Numbered from the stretch's first letter, positions 10,022 through 20,392 are shown. The stretch is DNA of 64,000 nt from a virus (IMGVR_UViG_3300017917_003859:64001-128000), one strand, 5' to 3'. Notes: generated from the sequence alone by a model not told the origin. Program-made: numbers and translations.

Positions 10022-10644
10022 TGTATTATCCTAAATCCCAAATAATAACCAATTTATACACAAACGGACAGGAATATGCTCTAAAATCCACCAACCAAAA
10101 TTATATAGGATTTTATTGGAAAACTTCTGATGGAAAGTTTTTTACAGGTAAAGCCCCAGAAGATAAAAATATACAAGAATTAATTCTATTTTCTAATACA
10201 GCAACTAAACAATACTCTAATCTTACATCGGATGCATTTACCGCCCCTTCAGGAGTATATTTAAATAATAATTATACTATAGCAAATGAGTATAATAAAT
10301 TAAATAAAACTTTACTTAATGTTAATAATCTCCCACTTTCATTTAATCCCCAACCAACTCAAGATGATTATAATTTAGGAGAATTTACAAGATATTTTTG
10401 TAAAAAAACAAATGAAATTCGTTATTTAGAAATTAATAAAGATACATACGAAAAACTTTTAGGACAAGATCCAACTTATCTTTGGCAATTATATACCCCA
10501 TTTAAATACCAATGGATAATATCAGGAGATAAAGAAACAGTTTATAAAACAAATGAACAAGTTACTAATTACATGATAACTAAATTTAAATTTCCTTTAT
10601 TTAATAAATTTCTTAAAGAAGATTATCTTAAATTTTGGAAATAA
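10021..10644 (+). CDS. Hypothetical protein (end of tail module)
   Basis: ORF translationally coupled to hub gene. Confidence 0.65.
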   Translation: MYYPKSQIITNLYTNGQEYALKSTNQNYIGFYWKTSDGKFFTGKAPEDKNIQELILFSNTATKQYSNLTSDAFTAPSGVYLNNNYTIANEYNKLNKTLLNVNNLPLSFNPQPTQDDYNLGEFTRYFCKKTNEIRYLEINKDTYEKLLGQDPTYLWQLYTPFKYQWIISGDKETVYKTNEQVTNYMITKFKFPLFNKFLKEDYLKFWK

Positions 10645-10648
10645 AGAT

Positions 10649-10714
10649 ACGGCTTAGGACCGTTATAGCTTACGCTATAGAAAGCACCTCTAAATCGCTA
10701 TCTGAGGTGCTTTC
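10649..10714 (+). ncRNA. Candidate three-hairpin structured RNA; last hairpin may act as terminator
   Basis: ACGG-cttagga-CCGT; TATAGC-ttac-GCTATA; GAAAGCACCTC-13 nt-GAGGTGCTTTC, contiguous and GC-rich relative to genome. Confidence 0.5.
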
Positions 10715-10725
10715 AATTTTTTAAA

Positions 10726-10757
10726 TTTGGAATACCTAAAATTTTTATATATAATTA
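10726..10757 (+). promoter_or_regulatory. Host-type promoter TTTGG-N19-TATAATTA
   Basis: Member of recurring TTGG-N19-TAYATT family. Confidence 0.6.
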
Positions 10758-10772
10758 AGTTAATTAAAGGTT

Positions 10773-12062
10773 ATGGCATTCTATATTGTTGAAACAAATG
10801 AACAACTAAATGAAATATTTGATAAAGCTTATGATAAAGTCTTTATTGAGCCTATTTTTTATAATGATGATATTCATCCTTCATTAAATTATATTTCATT
10901 ACTATATTTAAAGCCGTTAAACAATGATAAAGGGTATGTTTTATGTCTTGATCATACTGAGGCCTTATCTTTGAATAAAGGTAGTATAGATAATTTACTT
11001 GCTACTTTTAAAGAAATATATATTAGAGATAGAAAATCATTTATATATTTTTTTCCATTAAAAAATTTAATTGATATATCATTTTATACTCCTGAATTTA
11101 TTGAGCCTACTACTTCTGCTCATGAAGTTTTTTATCAAAAATATGGAGATAAAGACAATATAAATACTATAATACCATTAGTTAAACATTATGAAAAATG
11201 TGAATTGATTTTTAATAAAGTAAAAGATTATTGTATTAAACTTGATAATTCAAAATTTTATACTAAATTAACTAATGTGTTTTTTGCTATTGAAAAAAAC
11301 GGAATTAAAATAGATAAACATGTTTTTGATAAATTCTTTGAACCAAATAATGAATTATTTTCTATTCAAAACAATAGAATATATACCCAATATAACTTAT
11401 ATACTACAACAGGAAGACCTTCTAATAGTTTTAATAATATCAACTTTGCTGCATTAACTAAAGATAATGGATGTAGAAAAGCATTTGTTCCTGAAAATAA
11501 TTATTTTATTGAAATAGACATTACAGCCTATCACCCAACATTAGCAGCCCAATTGGTTGGTTTTGATTTTAAAAATGAAACCCCATATCAATATTTAGCG
11601 CGTGAGGCTGAAGTAGATTTAACTGAGGCTAAAACATTAATGTTTAAACAATTATATGGTGGAGTATATAAAGAATATCAATATATAGAATTTTTACAAT
11701 CTATACAAGAATATGTAAAAAACTTATGGAATACATATTCTTCTACGGGTTCAATAAAAGCACCAATCTCTGGGCATGTGTTTGAAAATTTGAAAGATAT
11801 TAATCCTCAAAAATTATTTAATTATCTTTTACAAAATTTGGAAACTTCAACTAATGTTTTTATATTGTGGGATATTATAAAAATATTAAAAGGTAAATCT
11901 ACTAAAATTGTATTATATACTTACGATTCCATATTAATAGATTATAATGAAAATGATAATATATTAAATCAAATCCAACAAGTATTTGAAAAATATAAAC
12001 TAAAAATAAAAACAACCCAAGGTACAACGTACAATAACATGATTCTTTACAATAATTTATGA
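10773..12062 (+). CDS. Family A DNA polymerase (compact, divergent)
   Basis: 'TTTGRPS', motif A 'EIDITAYHP', motif B 'AKTLMFKQLYG', motif C 'YTYDSILI'. Confidence 0.78.
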   Translation: MAFYIVETNEQLNEIFDKAYDKVFIEPIFYNDDIHPSLNYISLLYLKPLNNDKGYVLCLDHTEALSLNKGSIDNLLATFKEIYIRDRKSFIYFFPLKNLIDISFYTPEFIEPTTSAHEVFYQKYGDKDNINTIIPLVKHYEKCELIFNKVKDYCIKLDNSKFYTKLTNVFFAIEKNGIKIDKHVFDKFFEPNNELFSIQNNRIYTQYNLYTTTGRPSNSFNNINFAALTKDNGCRKAFVPENNYFIEIDITAYHPTLAAQLVGFDFKNETPYQYLAREAEVDLTEAKTLMFKQLYGGVYKEYQYIEFLQSIQEYVKNLWNTYSSTGSIKAPISGHVFENLKDINPQKLFNYLLQNLETSTNVFILWDIIKILKGKSTKIVLYTYDSILIDYNENDNILNQIQQVFEKYKLKIKTTQGTTYNNMILYNNL

Positions 12063-12526
12063 AACAAATCGAATTTGAACCCTCTATAGATATTTATAAT
12101 CAGTATGATTTCATTACTAACAAAAATTTTACTGATTTTATGAATAACAGGTTATTTGCTACCTTCACCCAGCAAAATGAAATAGATAATTTAGTTAAAC
12201 AACTATCAAGTACTTACAACATAATGTATAATAAAATGTTTGTATTATTTGTTAAAAGTACAAACGAATATGTTGTGACTTACAATGTAGAGCAGGGAAA
12301 CGTTGATAGTATTCCTAGCAATACTATATTAGTACATAGAAAAAAAGAAACCAACACTTTATATACTATTAATGCTCTTAATGATTTAATTAAAAAATTA
12401 AATAATGGTATGTTAGATTCAAATTATAAAGTAGATTGGGTACAATATAAAAATTGTATATTATTAACTCAACAAGGTGAAGTAAAACAACTGAATACAA
12501 AAATATTTAAAATCGTAGACTTATAA
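12059..12526 (+). CDS. Hypothetical protein (start may be 12140)
   Basis: ORF; GATATTTATA at 12089 precedes internal ATG 12140. Confidence 0.65.
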   Translation: MKQIEFEPSIDIYNQYDFITNKNFTDFMNNRLFATFTQQNEIDNLVKQLSSTYNIMYNKMFVLFVKSTNEYVVTYNVEQGNVDSIPSNTILVHRKKETNTLYTINALNDLIKKLNNGMLDSNYKVDWVQYKNCILLTQQGEVKQLNTKIFKIVDL

Positions 12527-12601
12527 TAAACCATAACTGGTACGAATAATACTAGAACAACACTACAAATAAAAAGGCATTCAAGAGCTTTGATAGCTAA
12601 A

Positions 12602-12633
12602 TTTGGCCTATAAAAATTAAAGTAGTATATTAA
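12602..12633 (+). promoter_or_regulatory. Host-type promoter TTTGG-N19-TATATTAA
   Basis: Exact motif and spacing, upstream of SSB. Confidence 0.7.
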
Positions 12634-12658
12634 TTAGTAACTTAAAAACCAAAATAAC

Positions 12659-13522
12659 ATGGATTTAAATTCAATCAAATCAAAACTGAATGCTCTACAG
12701 TCGCAAGGGCAAAAGAAAGAAAAGGTAGATTATTCAAAATACCTTTGGAAACCAAAACAAGAAGGTAAATATCAAATTCGAATTGTTCCTTCTAAATTAG
12801 ACAAAAATAATCCTTTTAAAGAAGTATTTCTTCATTATGGTATGTCTAAATTTCCAATGTATGCTTTAACTAATTGGGGAGAAAAAGATCCAATTGTAGA
12901 ATTTGCAAAACAACTTCGTTCAACTAATGATAAAGAAAATTGGAAATTAGCTAAAAAATTAGAACCAAAAATGCGTATTTTCGCCCCAGTAATTGTTAGG
13001 GGTGAAGAAGATAAAGGTGTACGTTTGTGGGAATTCGGTAAAGAAATTTACATGCAATTGTTAGGAATTGCTGATGATGAAGATTACGGTGATTATACTG
13101 ATATTAATGATGGTCGTGATTTTACTCTAGAAGCAGTAATTGGTGATATTGGTGGTCGCCAAGGTTTAAAAACCAGCATTCGTGCCAAAACAAAAATATC
13201 TCCATTAAGCACTAATAAATCAGATATTGAAAAATGGCTTGAAGAACAACCAAACATTTTAGAAATTCAGTCTACATACAAAATGAGTTTTGATAAAATG
13301 AAAGAAACTCTTCAAAACTGGCTAAACCCAGAAGCTGAAGTTGAAGAGGGAGATGAAGAAGAAAACGAAGTAGAAGAAACTTCAAATAATGATTTACCTT
13401 GGGAAGATAAAAAAGAAGAAAAAAAATCTACTCCTAATAAATCAAATTATACATTAAAAACTTCAACTAAAGTATCAAAAGCAGATAAATTTGATAAATT
13501 ATTTGAAGAAGAAGAAGACTAA
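12659..13522 (+). CDS. Single-stranded DNA-binding protein (T4 gp32-like)
   Basis: 'WKP...IRIVP...F..HY', 'GVRLWEFGKEIY', 'D..DGRDF', acidic C-terminal tail. Confidence 0.8.
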   Translation: MDLNSIKSKLNALQSQGQKKEKVDYSKYLWKPKQEGKYQIRIVPSKLDKNNPFKEVFLHYGMSKFPMYALTNWGEKDPIVEFAKQLRSTNDKENWKLAKKLEPKMRIFAPVIVRGEEDKGVRLWEFGKEIYMQLLGIADDEDYGDYTDINDGRDFTLEAVIGDIGGRQGLKTSIRAKTKISPLSTNKSDIEKWLEEQPNILEIQSTYKMSFDKMKETLQNWLNPEAEVEEGDEEENEVEETSNNDLPWEDKKEEKKSTPNKSNYTLKTSTKVSKADKFDKLFEEEED

Positions 13523-13536
13523 AAAATTAATAAGTT

Positions 13537-14619
13537 ATGGGAAAAAAATCAACGTCGTTAACTGAGGCAGTTAGCAATCAGTTAAAGGGAAATTTTGACT
13601 TAGATAAATTTAAAGAAAAAAAATCTTTAAACAATAATGTCAAATTTAAAGAACAAAAATGGATCCCATTCTCTAAAGCACTCCAGGATACTTTAAGTAT
13701 TCCTGGAGCGCCTATAGGACATATTACTCTCCTAAGAGGACATTCGGATACAGGTAAAACAACTGCTCTTCTAGAATTAGCAGTTAATGCTCAAAAAATG
13801 GGAATATTACCTGTATTCATTATCACTGAGATGAAATGGAGTTGGGCTCATGCTCGTCAAATGGGATTTCAATTAGAAGAAATCAAAAATGATAATGGAG
13901 AAGTAGTTAATTATAAAGGATTCTTTCTTTACGCAGATAGAGGTACATTGAATACTATTGAAGATGTAGCTGAATTTATTGCCGATTTATTAGATGAGCA
14001 ACGTAAAGGAAATTTACCTTATGATTTGTGTTTCTTTTGGGATAGTATTGGCTCTATACCATGTAAAATGAGTATAGAAGCAAATAAAAATAATCCTATG
14101 TGGAATGCAGGAGCAATGTCTCAACAATTTGGAAATTTTATAAACCAATATTTCCCTTTATCACGTAAAGAAAATTCAAAATACACCAATTCATTAGTAG
14201 CAATTAATAAAATTTGGGTAGCACCAGCTGAAACAATTATGTCTCAACCTAAAATCAAAATGAAAAATGGTGAAACAATGTTTTTAGATTCTACTATTGT
14301 TATAACATTTGGTAATGTTACTAATAGTGGTACAAGTAAAATTAAAGCTACTAAAAATGGTAAAGAAGTAGAATTTGCTAAACGCACTAAAGTTTCATGT
14401 GATAAAAATCATATTATGGGTATGCAAACCAAAGGAACTATTACTATGACAGTTCATGGCTTCATCCCAGATGAAAAATCAGCAATCGATGCTTATAAAA
14501 AAGAACACTCTAACGAATGGATCCAAATTTTAGGCTCAGCTGATTTTGATTTAATGGAAGATAACTCAGATTGGGAAGAAAATGTTAAAGATATACCTCT
14601 ATTAGAAGATGAACAATAA
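13537..14619 (+). CDS. uvsX: RecA/UvsX recombinase
   Basis: Walker A GHSDTGKT, Walker B 'FFWDSIG'. Confidence 0.82.
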   Translation: MGKKSTSLTEAVSNQLKGNFDLDKFKEKKSLNNNVKFKEQKWIPFSKALQDTLSIPGAPIGHITLLRGHSDTGKTTALLELAVNAQKMGILPVFIITEMKWSWAHARQMGFQLEEIKNDNGEVVNYKGFFLYADRGTLNTIEDVAEFIADLLDEQRKGNLPYDLCFFWDSIGSIPCKMSIEANKNNPMWNAGAMSQQFGNFINQYFPLSRKENSKYTNSLVAINKIWVAPAETIMSQPKIKMKNGETMFLDSTIVITFGNVTNSGTSKIKATKNGKEVEFAKRTKVSCDKNHIMGMQTKGTITMTVHGFIPDEKSAIDAYKKEHSNEWIQILGSADFDLMEDNSDWEENVKDIPLLEDEQ

Positions 14620-15658
14620 AGATCTCCTTAAACTCCTTGATAGTATCCAAGAAGATGATAAAAAAACTACCCAAACAGATGAAAATAGAATTTTAATTAT
14701 CGATGGATTAAACCTATTTTTCAGAAATTTTGCAGTATTAAATTATATCAATTCATATGGAACACACATTGGAGGACTAAGCGGCTTTTTGAGATCTCTA
14801 GGAGCATTAACTAAACAACTCCACCCAACTTCTGTTTATGTAGTATTTGACGGAGTAGGTTCTACCATAGCTAGGAAGAACCTTCTCCCCGAATACAAAT
14901 CTGGTAGGAATTCTACTAAAATGACTAAAGCTTTATTTAATGATATAGATGAAGAAAATGAATCTAAAGCTAATCAAATAGGGCGATTAATAAATTATTT
15001 ACAATGTCTTCCTATTAAAATCATATCTATTGATAAAGTAGAAGCAGATGATGTTATAGCGTTTTTAAGTAAAGAACTTACTAAAAATAATAAAACAAAA
15101 GCATATGTTGTTTCTACAGATAAAGATCTTCTTCAATTAGTAGATGATAACATTACTATTTATGGAGCTATTGAAAAAGAATTTTATACTCCAAAAGTTG
15201 TAAAAGAAAAATATGGATTACATTCATATAATTTTTTAATTTACAAAACATTAATGGGAGATGGATCTGATAAAATAAAAGGAATACAAGGCTTAGGAGC
15301 TAAAAAACTCCCTAAACTATTCCCAGAACTATTTGAAGATAAAAAAATCACTTTAGATGATTTATTTAAAATTTGTGAAGGAAAATATGATAAACATATT
15401 ATTTATTCTCGAATTGTATTTAATTCTGATGATGTAAAAAGAAATTATAAAGTTATGAATTTAGAAAACCCAATGTTGGATGATCAAGAAAAACTTTATA
15501 TATTAAATTGTATAAATTCTTCTCCATATAAATTAAATATAGTTGATTTTATTAAAATGTACCATGAAGATGGATTGAGTAATGTATTAAAAAATATAGA
15601 TTATTGGTTAAAAGATAACTGGACTATATTAGATAGATACAATAAAACAAAATACTAA
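14609..15658 (+). CDS. 5'-3' exonuclease / flap endonuclease (T4 RNase H-like)
   Basis: 'LIIDG.N', 'VFDG', 'YKSGR', 'EADDVI', 'STDKDLLQ', 'GDGSDKIKGIQGLG'. Confidence 0.93.
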   Translation: MNNKDLLKLLDSIQEDDKKTTQTDENRILIIDGLNLFFRNFAVLNYINSYGTHIGGLSGFLRSLGALTKQLHPTSVYVVFDGVGSTIARKNLLPEYKSGRNSTKMTKALFNDIDEENESKANQIGRLINYLQCLPIKIISIDKVEADDVIAFLSKELTKNNKTKAYVVSTDKDLLQLVDDNITIYGAIEKEFYTPKVVKEKYGLHSYNFLIYKTLMGDGSDKIKGIQGLGAKKLPKLFPELFEDKKITLDDLFKICEGKYDKHIIYSRIVFNSDDVKRNYKVMNLENPMLDDQEKLYILNCINSSPYKLNIVDFIKMYHEDGLSNVLKNIDYWLKDNWTILDRYNKTKY

Positions 15659-15670
15659 ATAAGTTATAAA

Positions 15671-17062
15671 ATGACACTGAATTCAATAGAAAATTATGGA
15701 ATAGGATTCCAAACAAAAGTTATATCTGGTTTGTTAACAGATAAAACATTTTTACAAAATATTAATGATGTATTAACTGAAGAATACTTTACAAATAGTG
15801 CTCACCAATGGATTATAACTGAAATAATTAAGTATTATCAAAAATTCCATTGTCCCCCAACAATGGAGGTACTTAAAACTGAAATGAAAAAAATAGGTAA
15901 TGAAATTTTACAATTATCTATTAAAGAACAACTAAGAGAAGCATATAAACTCTCAGATGAAAATGATTTGCCATATATTAAACAAGAATTTGCTAATTTT
16001 TGTAAAAATCAACAATTAAAAAAAGCACTTCTTAATTCAGTTGATTTATTACAAGCTGGAGATTATGATTCTATTCGTTCATTAGTAAATAATGCTTTAA
16101 AAGCAGGGCAAGAAAAAAACATAGGCCATGAATATTCTAAAGATATAGAATCAAGGTATAGAGATGAAGATAGATCGCCAATCCCATTTCCGTGGAATAC
16201 ATTTAATAAAATTACTCAAGGAGGATATGGTAAAGGTGATTTAGTATTAATTTTTGGTAATCCAAAAGGAGGAAAATCCTGGTCAGTAATAGCTATGGCC
16301 GCTGAAGCAGTTAAATTAGGTTATAATATAATATATTATGCTCTAGAATTAGGAGAAACATATGTAGGGAAACGCTTTGATGCTTATTTCACAGGTATTC
16401 CAGTTGATCAATTAGATAAACATAGGGATAAAGTAGATGAAATAACAAAAAATCTTCCTGGAAAATTAATTATTAAAGGCTATCCACCAAAAAGAGCATC
16501 TTTAGCTACAATTGAAAATCATATTAATCAGGTAAGAGAATTAGGAGAAGAAGAAAACAAAAATTTTACAGTTGATGCTATATATATAGATTATTTAGAT
16601 TTATTAAAAAACAGAGCATCAAGAAAAGAAAGAAAAGATGATATAGATGATGTATATACAGATGCTAAAGGTTTAGCTAAAGAATTAAATATTCCTATAA
16701 TTTCTCCTTCCCAAGCAAATCGTTCAGGTGCAGAAAAAGAAATTCTTGAGAGTAGTCATATTGCTGGAAGTTTTGATAAAATAATGATCGGGGATATAAT
16801 TATATCCTTAGCTAGAGGAAGAAAAGATAGATTAGAAGGAACAGGTAGATGGCATATAATGGGTAATAGATATGGACCTGATGGTGTTACTTATAGTTCA
16901 ACAATAGATACATCTACAGGACATATAGAAATTAATGAAGAAGAATTAGATTTAGATAAAGTAGATATAAATATATCTTCAAAACCTGACTCTGTAGGTG
17001 TATTTAATGAAGAAAAAGAATTTTTAAGAAAGAAGTTTTTTGAGCTTGAAAATAATCTTTAA
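15671..17062 (+). CDS. dnaB: Replicative DNA helicase (DnaB / T4 gp41-like)
   Basis: Walker A GNPKGGKS, 'ALE', 'IYIDYLD', 'SQANR', 'NRYGPDG'. Confidence 0.88.
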   Translation: MTLNSIENYGIGFQTKVISGLLTDKTFLQNINDVLTEEYFTNSAHQWIITEIIKYYQKFHCPPTMEVLKTEMKKIGNEILQLSIKEQLREAYKLSDENDLPYIKQEFANFCKNQQLKKALLNSVDLLQAGDYDSIRSLVNNALKAGQEKNIGHEYSKDIESRYRDEDRSPIPFPWNTFNKITQGGYGKGDLVLIFGNPKGGKSWSVIAMAAEAVKLGYNIIYYALELGETYVGKRFDAYFTGIPVDQLDKHRDKVDEITKNLPGKLIIKGYPPKRASLATIENHINQVRELGEEENKNFTVDAIYIDYLDLLKNRASRKERKDDIDDVYTDAKGLAKELNIPIISPSQANRSGAEKEILESSHIAGSFDKIMIGDIIISLARGRKDRLEGTGRWHIMGNRYGPDGVTYSSTIDTSTGHIEINEEELDLDKVDINISSKPDSVGVFNEEKEFLRKKFFELENNL

Positions 17063-17076
17063 TATTTTTATATTTA
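17045..17076 (+). promoter_or_regulatory. Host-type promoter CTTGA-N19-TATATTTA
   Basis: Motif family, upstream of nrdB. Confidence 0.6.
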
Positions 17077-17094
17077 TACTTATAACCTTAATTT

Positions 17095-18045
17095 ATGATT
17101 ACTGAACCTCGCTTATATTACAAGCCATTCGAATACCAAGATGCATTCGAATTTTACAAAAATCAACATCGTGCTCATTGGCTAGCAGATGAAGTACCAT
17201 TAGCTTCAGATTTAAATGATTGGAAATTAAAATTAAATGAATCTGAAAAGAACTTAGTAGGAAATATTTTAAAATCATTTGCACAAACAGAAGTACATGT
17301 AAATGATTATTGGTCAACAAAAGTATCTGTTTGGTTTCCAAAACCAGAAATTCAAGCAATGGCTCGTGTGTTTGCTGATTTTGAAAGTATTCATGCTGAA
17401 GCATATGCTCGTCTAAATGAAGAATTGGGTTTAGATGATTTTAAAGCATTTTTAGAAGATGAAGTATCTAAAGCTAAAATTGAACGTTTAATTGAAGTAC
17501 CTGGTAACACAATTGAAGAACAAGCAGTTTCATTAGCTATATTTTCAGCATTTACTGAAGGTGTAAATTTATTTTCTTCATTCGCTATATTAATGTCTTT
17601 TCAATTAAGAAATTTAATGAAAGGTACCGCTCAAATCGTGGAGTGGAGTGTTCGAGATGAATCATTACATTCAAAAGCAGGATGTTGGTTATTTAAAATA
17701 TTATTGAAAGAACGTCCTGATTTAGATACATTTGAATTAAGAGATAAAATTATAGAAGCATGTCAATTATCTGTTCAATTAGAATTTGATTTTATTGAGA
17801 AAGCATTTGAAATGGGAGATATTGAAGGTTTAAATAAAGAACAGTTAAAAGCATTTATTAAAGCAAGAGCAAATGAAAAAATGATTGAATTAGGTTACCA
17901 AGCAATTTATAACGATGTTGATCCTAATTTATTAAAACAAATGGAATGGTTTGGTCATTTAACAAGTGGTAAAACACACCAGGACTTTTTTGCAGGTCGA
18001 GTAACAAGTTATGCAAAATCAACAGCTGACTGGGACGATTTATAA
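17095..18045 (+). CDS. nrdB: Ribonucleotide reductase class Ia beta subunit
   Basis: 'ESIHAEAY', 'EGVNLFSSF', 'RDESLH', 'DFFAGRVTSY'. Confidence 0.95.
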   Translation: MITEPRLYYKPFEYQDAFEFYKNQHRAHWLADEVPLASDLNDWKLKLNESEKNLVGNILKSFAQTEVHVNDYWSTKVSVWFPKPEIQAMARVFADFESIHAEAYARLNEELGLDDFKAFLEDEVSKAKIERLIEVPGNTIEEQAVSLAIFSAFTEGVNLFSSFAILMSFQLRNLMKGTAQIVEWSVRDESLHSKAGCWLFKILLKERPDLDTFELRDKIIEACQLSVQLEFDFIEKAFEMGDIEGLNKEQLKAFIKARANEKMIELGYQAIYNDVDPNLLKQMEWFGHLTSGKTHQDFFAGRVTSYAKSTADWDDL

Positions 18046-18055
18046 AAATATAACT

Positions 18056-18607
18056 ATGATAAAATTAATTGATTTACTAAACGAAGGAAAACAAGTAGGC
18101 ACCTTATATCATTTTACTTCATTAAGTGGGGGAGAAAATATTATAAAATCAAACATCCTAAAACCTATAAATTATGATTTTATCTCTTTAACTAGAGATA
18201 AAAATTTATACAAAACCTCAGATCATATAGAAGGAGGATTAGTTAGATTAACTTTAGATGGAGATAAATTATCAAATAACTTTAAAATTAAACCATATGA
18301 TGAAGATCAAAGAAAAATATATGGTAGTTTTGAATCTGAAGAAAGAATTGATAAACCTATAAAAAATATTAAAGATTATATAACTAAAATTGATATAATT
18401 TTAGATTTTTATAAGTATGTTAATCGCAACTATCCTGAATTATTATTTTATGAACCTCAAGAAATAAAAAATGCTGTTTCTATTTTTAAATCATCTGGAA
18501 TACCATTTAATATATTATTAAAAAATAATAAAGTAGATTTAAAAACATGGTTAAAAATTTCTAAAGATTTTATACAAGATAATAAAAATGAATTTAACGA
18601 TTTTTAA
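18056..18607 (+). CDS. Leader-bearing ADP-ribosyltransferase-like protein
   Basis: Start reassigned to ATG 18056 (MIKLIDLLNE); 'LYHFTS', 'ISLTR', 'ESEER' match ART-fold strand motifs. Confidence 0.55.
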   Translation: MIKLIDLLNEGKQVGTLYHFTSLSGGENIIKSNILKPINYDFISLTRDKNLYKTSDHIEGGLVRLTLDGDKLSNNFKIKPYDEDQRKIYGSFESEERIDKPIKNIKDYITKIDIILDFYKYVNRNYPELLFYEPQEIKNAVSIFKSSGIPFNILLKNNKVDLKTWLKISKDFIQDNKNEFNDF

Positions 18608-18667
18608 AAAATTCACACCTAAAGATTTTATAGTAGACTTTAAAAATATAGAAATAATAATAAAAAT

Positions 18668-20392
18668 ATGAGCATACAAGTAGATACAAGTAAATGGATT
18701 AAAGGAAAAAATTATCCGGTATGGTTTGATGAAATAGGGTTAAGTATGATTTCAAAAGGTTATTTATTACCTGATGAAGATGTATTTGACGCATTTAAAC
18801 GAGTAAGTAGAGCAGCAGCTAAACGTCTTAAACGTAAAGATTTACAACCTTACTTTTATGAAGCAATTGAAAAAAATTGGTTATGTTTAGCTTCACCTGT
18901 TCTATCTAATTTAGGAACAGAACGTGGAATGCCTATTTCATGTTTTGGAATTGATGTAGGTGATTCTATTGAAGGAATTGCTGATGCAAATTCTGAATTA
19001 ATGAGATTATCTTCTCAAGGTGGAGGAGTAGGTATTGGTTTATCTCGCATTCGCGGAAGAGGAAAACCTATTAAAGACAATGGTGTAAGTGAAGGTGTTG
19101 TACCTTGGGCTAAAATTTACGATTCAACTATATTAGCAACAAATCAAGGTTCAGTTCGTAGAGGAGCAGCATCTGTAAACCTAAACATCAACCACCCAGA
19201 TATTGAAGAATTTTTAGGTATTCGTCGTCCTAAAGGAGATGTTAATCGCCAATGTTTAAATTTACATCAATGTGTTGTTATTGATGATGAATTTATGAAT
19301 AAACTAGAAAATGGAGATCCTAAAGCTAAAAGATTATGGGGTGAAATATTAAAAACTCGTCTTGAAACAGGTGAACCTTACCTTATGTTTGAGGACAACA
19401 TTAATAATGCAAACCCTGAAGCATACAAAAAGAACAATTTAAAAGTATCAATGACTAACATTTGTACCGAAATTGCTCTTTATACAGATGAATTACATTC
19501 ATTTATTTGTTGTTTATCTTCATTAAATTTAGCTCGTTGGGATGAATGGAAAGACTATAAATTTGAAAATGGAATGACTTTACCTGAACTATCAATTTGG
19601 TTTTTAGAAGGGGTACTTCAAGAATTTATTGATAGAGCTAAAAATATTAAATTTTTTGAAAATACTGTTCGATCAGCAACTAAAGGTAGAGCAGTTGGGT
19701 TGGGGGTTTTAGGATGGCATACATTTTTACAAGCAAAAAACATTCCATTTGTTGGTATTCAAGCATCTGCTTATACAAGAATTATGTTTGAATTTATTCA
19801 AAATGAAGCTCTTAAAGCCTCTAAAGCACAAGCGGAATTTTATGGTGAACCAGAATGGTGTAAAGGAACTGGACTAAGACATACACATCATCTAGCACCA
19901 GCACCTACAGTATCTAATGCTCATATTTCAGGAGGTGTTTCACCTTCAATTGAACCAATTCCTGCTAATGTTTATAATTTAAAGACAGCAAAAGGTGTTT
20001 TTATCAAACGTAATAAAATATTAGAAGAATTATTGGAGAAAAAAGGATATAACATTGATAGTGTTTGGGAACAAATTCTAAAAGACCAAGGCTCAGTTTT
20101 AGGTTTACCTGATTATATTTTAACAGATGAAGAAAAAGAAATATTTTTAACATTTAAAGAAATTAATCAGTTAGAAATTGTTAAACAAAATGGTATTAGA
20201 CAAAAATATGTTGATCAAGCAATTTCATTAAATTTAACATTTGATCCAAATGATACACCAAAATGGATTTCTCAAGTACATAAAGAAGCATGGAAACAAG
20301 GAATTAAAACATTGTATTATTTACGTACTGAAAGTGTATTAAGAGGAGATAATTTACAGCGTTTAGCTGATTGTGTTAGCTGCGAAGGATAA
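18668..20392 (+). CDS. nrdA: Ribonucleotide reductase class Ia alpha subunit
   Basis: 'ISCF', 'GGGVG', 'TNICTE', 'APTVS', 'KTLYY', C-terminal CxxC; no ATP cone evident. Confidence 0.95.
   Translation: MSIQVDTSKWIKGKNYPVWFDEIGLSMISKGYLLPDEDVFDAFKRVSRAAAKRLKRKDLQPYFYEAIEKNWLCLASPVLSNLGTERGMPISCFGIDVGDSIEGIADANSELMRLSSQGGGVGIGLSRIRGRGKPIKDNGVSEGVVPWAKIYDSTILATNQGSVRRGAASVNLNINHPDIEEFLGIRRPKGDVNRQCLNLHQCVVIDDEFMNKLENGDPKAKRLWGEILKTRLETGEPYLMFEDNINNANPEAYKKNNLKVSMTNICTEIALYTDELHSFICCLSSLNLARWDEWKDYKFENGMTLPELSIWFLEGVLQEFIDRAKNIKFFENTVRSATKGRAVGLGVLGWHTFLQAKNIPFVGIQASAYTRIMFEFIQNEALKASKAQAEFYGEPEWCKGTGLRHTHHLAPAPTVSNAHISGGVSPSIEPIPANVYNLKTAKGVFIKRNKILEELLEKKGYNIDSVWEQILKDQGSVLGLPDYILTDEEKEIFLTFKEINQLEIVKQNGIRQKYVDQAISLNLTFDPNDTPKWISQVHKEAWKQGIKTLYYLRTESVLRGDNLQRLADCVSCEG

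Noticed and set aside
10649-10714. tRNA or named riboswitch call for the three-hairpin element
   Set aside because: No acceptor stem closing the structure, no TTCRA loop, and I cannot match it confidently to a known family.
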